Shown: positions 59,187-64,000 of the stretch, in pieces | Layout of the letters: each line of letters starts with the position of its first letter | How positions within the stretch are numbered: the stretch's first letter is position 1 | Origin: a bacterium | Lineage (GTDB): Bacteria; Zhuqueibacterota; Zhuqueibacteria; Residuimicrobiales; Krinioviventaceae | Length of the DNA: 64,000 nucleotides | Direction: 5' to 3' | Assembly: GCA_963693055.1 (NCBI GenBank) | Contig: OY843751.1 | Location: 3,840,001-3,904,000, forward strand | Notes under the pieces: generated by a model | Seen by the model: the letters and a program-made list of their open reading frames with translations, nothing else | Database searches by the model: none | Told to the model about the DNA's origin: nothing | Made by a program: the position numbers and the translations under genes

Positions 59187-60758
59187 ATGAATACAAAATC
59201 AAACAGTTTTGCCGTTTTGTTGATCATTCTGATCACACTGATATTCTATTTACCCGGCGTTTTGTCTCCCCGTGATTTCTGGGTAGAAGACGAAGCCCGT
59301 TATGGAGAAATTCTGCGTGAAATGCTGGATGCCGGACAATGGTTTGTTCCCCATTTGAACAATCATTTTTATCCGGACAAGCCGCCGGTCTATTTCTGGC
59401 TTGCTGCAACAGTCTCGTTAATAACAGGCAAGATCACTCCGTTTTCGGGATTAATTATTACCTGGATCACCACCCTGGGTGCAATACTGACCACTTACTT
59501 TTTCACGAAAAAACTGTACAATCAGAGGGCCGCGTTTCTGGCCTCCCTTGTGCTAACGTCCACCTTTCTGGTTTTGGGCTGCGCTCAAATTGTACGTATG
59601 GATATGATGATGACCTGGTTTGTTGCCTGGGCCATTTATGCCTTTTACCTGGGATATACCAAAGGTCAAACACGCTGGTACTATCTGTTTTACATTTTTG
59701 CCGCTCTGGCAGTTATGGGCAAGGGACCTTTGGGCTTTACCTTTGCATGGCTCCCGGCTATTGTATATCTGATGACGGAAAAGAAATGGAAAGAGCTGTT
59801 CAAGTTTGTGGTCCATCCCGGATTTGTTCTCTTTTTACTGCTTGCCGTGAGTTGGATATTGGCAGCCTGGTTCACCGGTAATAAGGATTTTGTAAATACA
59901 ATCATTAACGAACAATTACTGGGAAGAGCTGTTAAATCCTTTAGTCATAAAGAACCCATTTATTTCTATCTCATGCTGCTGCCCTTTGTGCTTCTGCCCT
60001 GGTCTCCCTTTGTTCCACGCGCGCTCAAACGCGGCGGCAAAGCTTACAAACTGTTAATTCTGTGGTTTGTTCTGGGCTTTGTTACTATTTCAATTCTCAG
60101 CGGTAAACTGTTTATTTATCTTTTACCCCTGGTACCGGCAGTTGCCATGATGCTGGGCAAATTGTTCGATGAATTGTTAACCTATAAAGGAACAGTCAAA
60201 GCCTGGCGCATTGAGAGTATGATTGCTATTCTGCTCACATTTGGATTCTTTATAGCACTAGTCTTTGCTGCACCACATTACCCTATTGCTGACCAATTGC
60301 GGATCTCATCACTTGCATGGATATTCATCCCCCTTACTCTGGCAGCAGTTTGGTTTGCCTGGAAACAAAAGATCAAACATACCTTTGTCATACTCTTTCT
60401 GGGTATGTACATATTTTCTTTTTATCTGTTCCAGGTCATGATTCCCCAGTTAAATTCCTATTTTTCTGCCCGTGAAATTGGTTCAGAGATCGCACAACAC
60501 AAACAACAGGGATACACCGTCTCCATATTCAGGGTGCGCAGAGGCATTCTTAATTTTTACGCCGAAACTTATTTGCCAGAAAAAGAGTTGAGCGATCTGG
60601 ATGGATTTTTCGAAACACCTAAACAATTGCTTATTATGAAAAAAAGTGAATATAAAAAACAACAGAAACTATTGGCAGATACTCACGTATTATCAAACTA
60701 TGAAATTGCCAACGAGAAATATGTAATAATAGGAAAAAATGATGTTAAAGAATTTTGA
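59187..60758 (+). CDS. ArnT-like (GT83) lipid glycosyltransferase
   Basis: DEARY, DKPP, RMD, KGP, PW, KLFIYLLP. Confidence 0.85.
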   Translation: MNTKSNSFAVLLIILITLIFYLPGVLSPRDFWVEDEARYGEILREMLDAGQWFVPHLNNHFYPDKPPVYFWLAATVSLITGKITPFSGLIITWITTLGAILTTYFFTKKLYNQRAAFLASLVLTSTFLVLGCAQIVRMDMMMTWFVAWAIYAFYLGYTKGQTRWYYLFYIFAALAVMGKGPLGFTFAWLPAIVYLMTEKKWKELFKFVVHPGFVLFLLLAVSWILAAWFTGNKDFVNTIINEQLLGRAVKSFSHKEPIYFYLMLLPFVLLPWSPFVPRALKRGGKAYKLLILWFVLGFVTISILSGKLFIYLLPLVPAVAMMLGKLFDELLTYKGTVKAWRIESMIAILLTFGFFIALVFAAPHYPIADQLRISSLAWIFIPLTLAAVWFAWKQKIKHTFVILFLGMYIFSFYLFQVMIPQLNSYFSAREIGSEIAQHKQQGYTVSIFRVRRGILNFYAETYLPEKELSDLDGFFETPKQLLIMKKSEYKKQQKLLADTHVLSNYEIANEKYVIIGKNDVKEF

Positions 60759-61050
60759 TTTCTGGCTTGTGCTTGGTTTTGTAGCACAAGGCATTTTTGG
60801 AGTGCGTTTTTTGATACAATGGATAGCCTCTGAACGTAAAAAGCAAAGTGTAATTCCCATTGGGTTCTGGTATGCCAGCCTGCTGGGCGGAATGATGCTG
60901 CTGACCTATGCTATCCATATCAAAGACCCGGTGTTTATATTGGGACAGAGTACTGGTTCATTTATTTATGGTCGAAACCTGATGCTGATCTATAATCAGC
61001 GCAAAAAGGAAAAAGCAGAAAAAGAAGATCAATCCGTAACTGCTGAATAA
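60739..61050 (+). CDS. Lipid A biosynthesis N-terminal (LAB_N) domain membrane protein
   Basis: RFLIQWIASE...SVIP..FW..S...YA...DPVFILGQ...Y.RNL. Confidence 0.85.
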   Translation: MMLKNFDFWLVLGFVAQGIFGVRFLIQWIASERKKQSVIPIGFWYASLLGGMMLLTYAIHIKDPVFILGQSTGSFIYGRNLMLIYNQRKKEKAEKEDQSVTAE

Positions 61051-61058
61051 AATATTTC

Positions 61059-61093
61059 AAAACGGGATGTAATTGATACATCCCGTTTTTTTT
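61059..61093 (+). terminator. Intrinsic terminator
   Basis: aaaacgggatgta-attga-tacatcccgtttt followed by a T run. Confidence 0.8.
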
Positions 61094-61205
61094 ATACAAC
61101 GAAATCCCTTCTTCTAGAACACTGTTTGAACGTATATTGAAAAAATGTACATATTTCACTATGTTTTAAAATCGCTTTCAATCTTAAAAATCAAAGGAAA
61201 CCAAG

Positions 61206-61988
61206 ATGGTATCTCGAGTAAAGTGGTTAGTTCTATTGTTTTTCCCACTAGTCATATTGGGAGAAAAAAACGCAGAAATTATTATTCTCTGCGATACACC
61301 TCCCGAACCGCAAATGACTGTGCTGCAAAATTTCCTAATCACTAAAGATTTTAACTGTGATCAATGGTCTCAAGTGGAATATACCGAGAATTATTTAGAC
61401 GATTTTCCTGGTGCAATAATTGTTTATATTCATAAACCTCTACTCCCTCAAGTTGAAAATGCATTAATAAAATACTGTAACCAGGGAGGCAGGCTCATTG
61501 CATTACATCATGCAATAGCTTCAGCAAAACTGGAAAATAAAAAATGGCTCCCCTTTGCGGGTATTCGTTTAAACAAAGAACAAACGAGTCCGTTCCCATG
61601 GACAGTTTACAGTAATGGCAGTATGGAGATTGTAAAACTATTAGATCATTACATAACAAATAATAATGTAAACTGGAGCAATTCGACAAATTATATGTCA
61701 TCTGATCAGCCCAGTGCTGCTGCTCTGTTCCCGTCATTTACGATTCAAGAAACAGAACTTTTAGCCAACCAGATGTTTACGGATGGCCGACAAAAAACAG
61801 TGCTATTGGGATACACATTTACAGACTCTGAAACCGGAGCAATAATCACCGCAGACCGAGGCGGATGGTTTCTTGGAAAAGGAAAAGGCTATTTCTTTTA
61901 TTTTGTCGCGGGACACAATCCCTCTGATTTTGAAAACCAAAATACTAGTCAGATGATATTGAACTGCATTACCTGGGAATGGGATTGA
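61206..61988 (+). CDS. ThuA-like (class I GATase-like) secreted protein
   Basis: GGRLIALHHA, GKGYFFYFVAGH. Confidence 0.65.
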   Translation: MVSRVKWLVLLFFPLVILGEKNAEIIILCDTPPEPQMTVLQNFLITKDFNCDQWSQVEYTENYLDDFPGAIIVYIHKPLLPQVENALIKYCNQGGRLIALHHAIASAKLENKKWLPFAGIRLNKEQTSPFPWTVYSNGSMEIVKLLDHYITNNNVNWSNSTNYMSSDQPSAAALFPSFTIQETELLANQMFTDGRQKTVLLGYTFTDSETGAIITADRGGWFLGKGKGYFFYFVAGHNPSDFENQNTSQMILNCITWEWD

Positions 61989-62186
61989 TACTCGTTTTTT
62001 CTGTCTGAATTAAGATGAATGGGATTTAAAGATGACAGGATTTTGAGAGAATATCCTGTCTGTCATCAATCAGATGGATACAAATAACATGGATTCCCTC
62101 TGATTGTTATTTTTCTGCTAAAACAAACCACTAACCAGATATTACATAAACAGCGTTTATGTGTTCAGTTCAGACCGAAACAAGAC

Positions 62187-62463
62187 AGATTGTGTGAAAT
62201 TGAATCATATTAATGAAACAAATAATATAGCGTTTTTAAAATTTAATATAAAATAGGTGGAGTGCATTACTTTTAAGGAATGCGGGCCGTCGAAGACGGC
62301 CTTGACAAGATTGTATATTTATAAAAACATTGAACTTATAATGACACTAAAATCACTTGATATTTGAGAATAAAAGCAGATTTATTTCGGACCTTTGGTC
62401 CGACGCATCGCATAAACGCGATGCACTCCAAAAACACTATTTTTTCTAATTTTCACACAGTCT
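62187..62463. mobile_element. Putative MITE/REPIN-like non-coding element
   Basis: Terminal inverted repeat AGATTGTGTGAAA / AGACTGTGTGAAA (12/13); internal inverted GGAGTGCAT double-hairpin modules at 62259-62301 and 62387-62429. Confidence 0.55.
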
Positions 62464-62650
62464 AAAGAGTTTCGGTTGGAGTAAGAAAAATTATAGAGCA
62501 ACGGATGAAACATGAATAGTAGCCGAGTATTGATTCAACTTTTTCCATATTGTAATATTTACATAATACAATGAAATAACGATCTTGTATATAATCAAGG
62601 TAATCAGGAAAATCCTTGAATCAAGGTCTAATTCTTTAATAAGGGTTTAA

Positions 62651-63247
62651 TCAAGGTTCAGGGTAATACTGATCCACAACCAATGCCACCTGTTTCAACC
62701 AGGCTTTGCGCTCCTTTTCGGTACTGGTAACAATGATGCGAAACATCTCCCGGTAAAAATCATTAACACCGCACAGATCAAAAATACAGTCCTTCCAGAT
62801 TCGCTCTAATGGATCACCAAATACCTCAATCTCCCGTTTTTCGGATGTGTTAGCTGTGTTGAAAACCAATGCAGATTTGGCCTTTAATAGTCCCACCGGC
62901 ACACCCTCACCGCTGTCCCCATCTACAAACTCGTACGCTACACCGGGACGTATAATCCGGTCTACCCAGCCTTTAAGAATAGCTGGCGGCATGCCCCACC
63001 AATTGGGATGCACAATGATGATGCCGTCAGATTCCTGCAGTTCTTTGCAATAAACATCCAACTCGGGAGTTATATATGCACCCTTGGGGAATTCTTTAGC
63101 AGGCAACAAGGGATCGAATCTCTCTTGATACAGATCATGATACCAGACCGTGTGATTGTTGGACAAGAGTTTGTCCCTGGCAGTATTTGCAATTGCATGA
63201 TTAAAGCTGTCTGTATCGGGATGTGCGAGTATGATAGAGATGTTCAT
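62651..63247 (-). CDS. NAD(P)H-dependent oxidoreductase, flavodoxin-2 family
   Basis: AHP..SFN, DLY, PNWWGMPPAILKGWVDR. Confidence 0.9.
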   Translation of the reverse strand: MNISIILAHPDTDSFNHAIANTARDKLLSNNHTVWYHDLYQERFDPLLPAKEFPKGAYITPELDVYCKELQESDGIIIVHPNWWGMPPAILKGWVDRIIRPGVAYEFVDGDSGEGVPVGLLKAKSALVFNTANTSEKREIEVFGDPLERIWKDCIFDLCGVNDFYREMFRIIVTSTEKERKAWLKQVALVVDQYYPEP

Positions 63248-63556
63248 GGATTACCCTGGATTTTTATTATCAACATCGATTTTACTCGTTCTATCCACCA
63301 AACAACGGATTGGAAGCAGTAAAATAATATTATCAAGCAGTGTTATTATAAAGTAATTATCAGAACCTATCCGTGCAGAATAGCCTGTCCGCCTTCTGGC
63401 GGATGTGTATCCATGGCTAATTTATCATTTTTTATCATCTTAAACCAATTAGGTGATATGCAAAGAGAAGGCAAATAGAGACCATCTTTGGTGGTCTGCA
63501 TACCTCCAAAAGTCGGTCAAGCGAATAAAGGCGATGCACTTTTGAAATAAAATAAC

Positions 63557-64000
63557 CTACAGCGACTGTTTTGCAGCTTTGACGGTATTGGCCAGCAGCA
63601 TCACAATAGTCATGGGACCTACACCACCGGGGACCGGAGTAATGGCTTCCGCAACTTCTTTGACATTTTCAAAGTCCACATCACCTACCAGGCGGTATCC
63701 GCGTTTGGCTGAGGGATCGTCTTTACGGTTGGTGCCCACATCGATCACTACCGCACCGGGTTTAACCATATCTTTGGTTATAATTCCCGCGCGTCCCGCG
63801 GCAGCCACGAGTATGTCCGCTTGTTTGGTATAAGGAGTCAAATCACCTGAACCGGTATGACAAACCGTAACGGTTGCGTTAGCGTCTTCTTTTTTCTGCA
63901 TCATCATATTGGCGAATGGCAAACCCACCAGCAGGCTGCGTCCCACCACAACCACATGTTTACCTTTGGTTTCTACACCATTACGGATGAGCAACTGCTG
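63557..64000 (-). CDS. folD: Methylenetetrahydrofolate dehydrogenase/cyclohydrolase, C-terminal part (runs off the window)
   Basis: [35 protein letters not shown]. Confidence 0.95.
   Translation of the reverse strand, partial: QQLLIRNGVETKGKHVVVVGRSLLVGLPFANMMMQKKEDANATVTVCHTGSGDLTPYTKQADILVAAAGRAGIITKDMVKPGAVVIDVGTNRKDDPSAKRGYRLVGDVDFENVKEVAEAITPVPGGVGPMTIVMLLANTVKAAKQSL

Noticed and set aside
59339-59881. 180-aa alternative-frame ORF inside the ArnT-like gene
   Set aside because: Fully nested, no motifs; same for the other nested or antisense ORFs in the track

Overview
AT-rich bacterial chromosome segment. Several secreted proteins end in 'YPNPFN' FlgD-Ig/T9SS-type C-terminal domains, and there are CE15, alginate-lyase-like and ablAB osmolyte genes. 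This suggests an FCB-group diderm (KSB1/Calditrichota-like) from a saline habitat, which is inference only. About 55 CDS, tRNA-His and tRNA-Glu, and one intact IS4-family element with a 10-bp TSD. Best candidates for new biology: (1) an array of seven ~120-bp units behind tRNA-Glu, each a terminator hairpin plus an acceptor-stem-less tRNA-Glu copy, with an orphan terminator 4.1 kb away flanking a D-amino-acid gene block; (2) an overlapping three-gene operon of a 4-TM protein, a cytoplasmic trypsin-like protease and a small protein resembling the protease's own N-terminal domain, a candidate protease-gated defence system; (3) a Bacillus Yda/Listeria Pss-like exopolysaccharide locus adapted to a diderm, with a 1656-aa hydrolase/deacetylase-like fusion, an internally duplicated beta-barrel and wecB; (4) a CsgG/TPR-CsgG/beta-barrel/LamG lipoprotein operon; (5) a ~277-bp non-coding element holding two inverted structured modules that differ in sequence but share a fold. 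All annotations come from reading motifs by eye; no searches were run.
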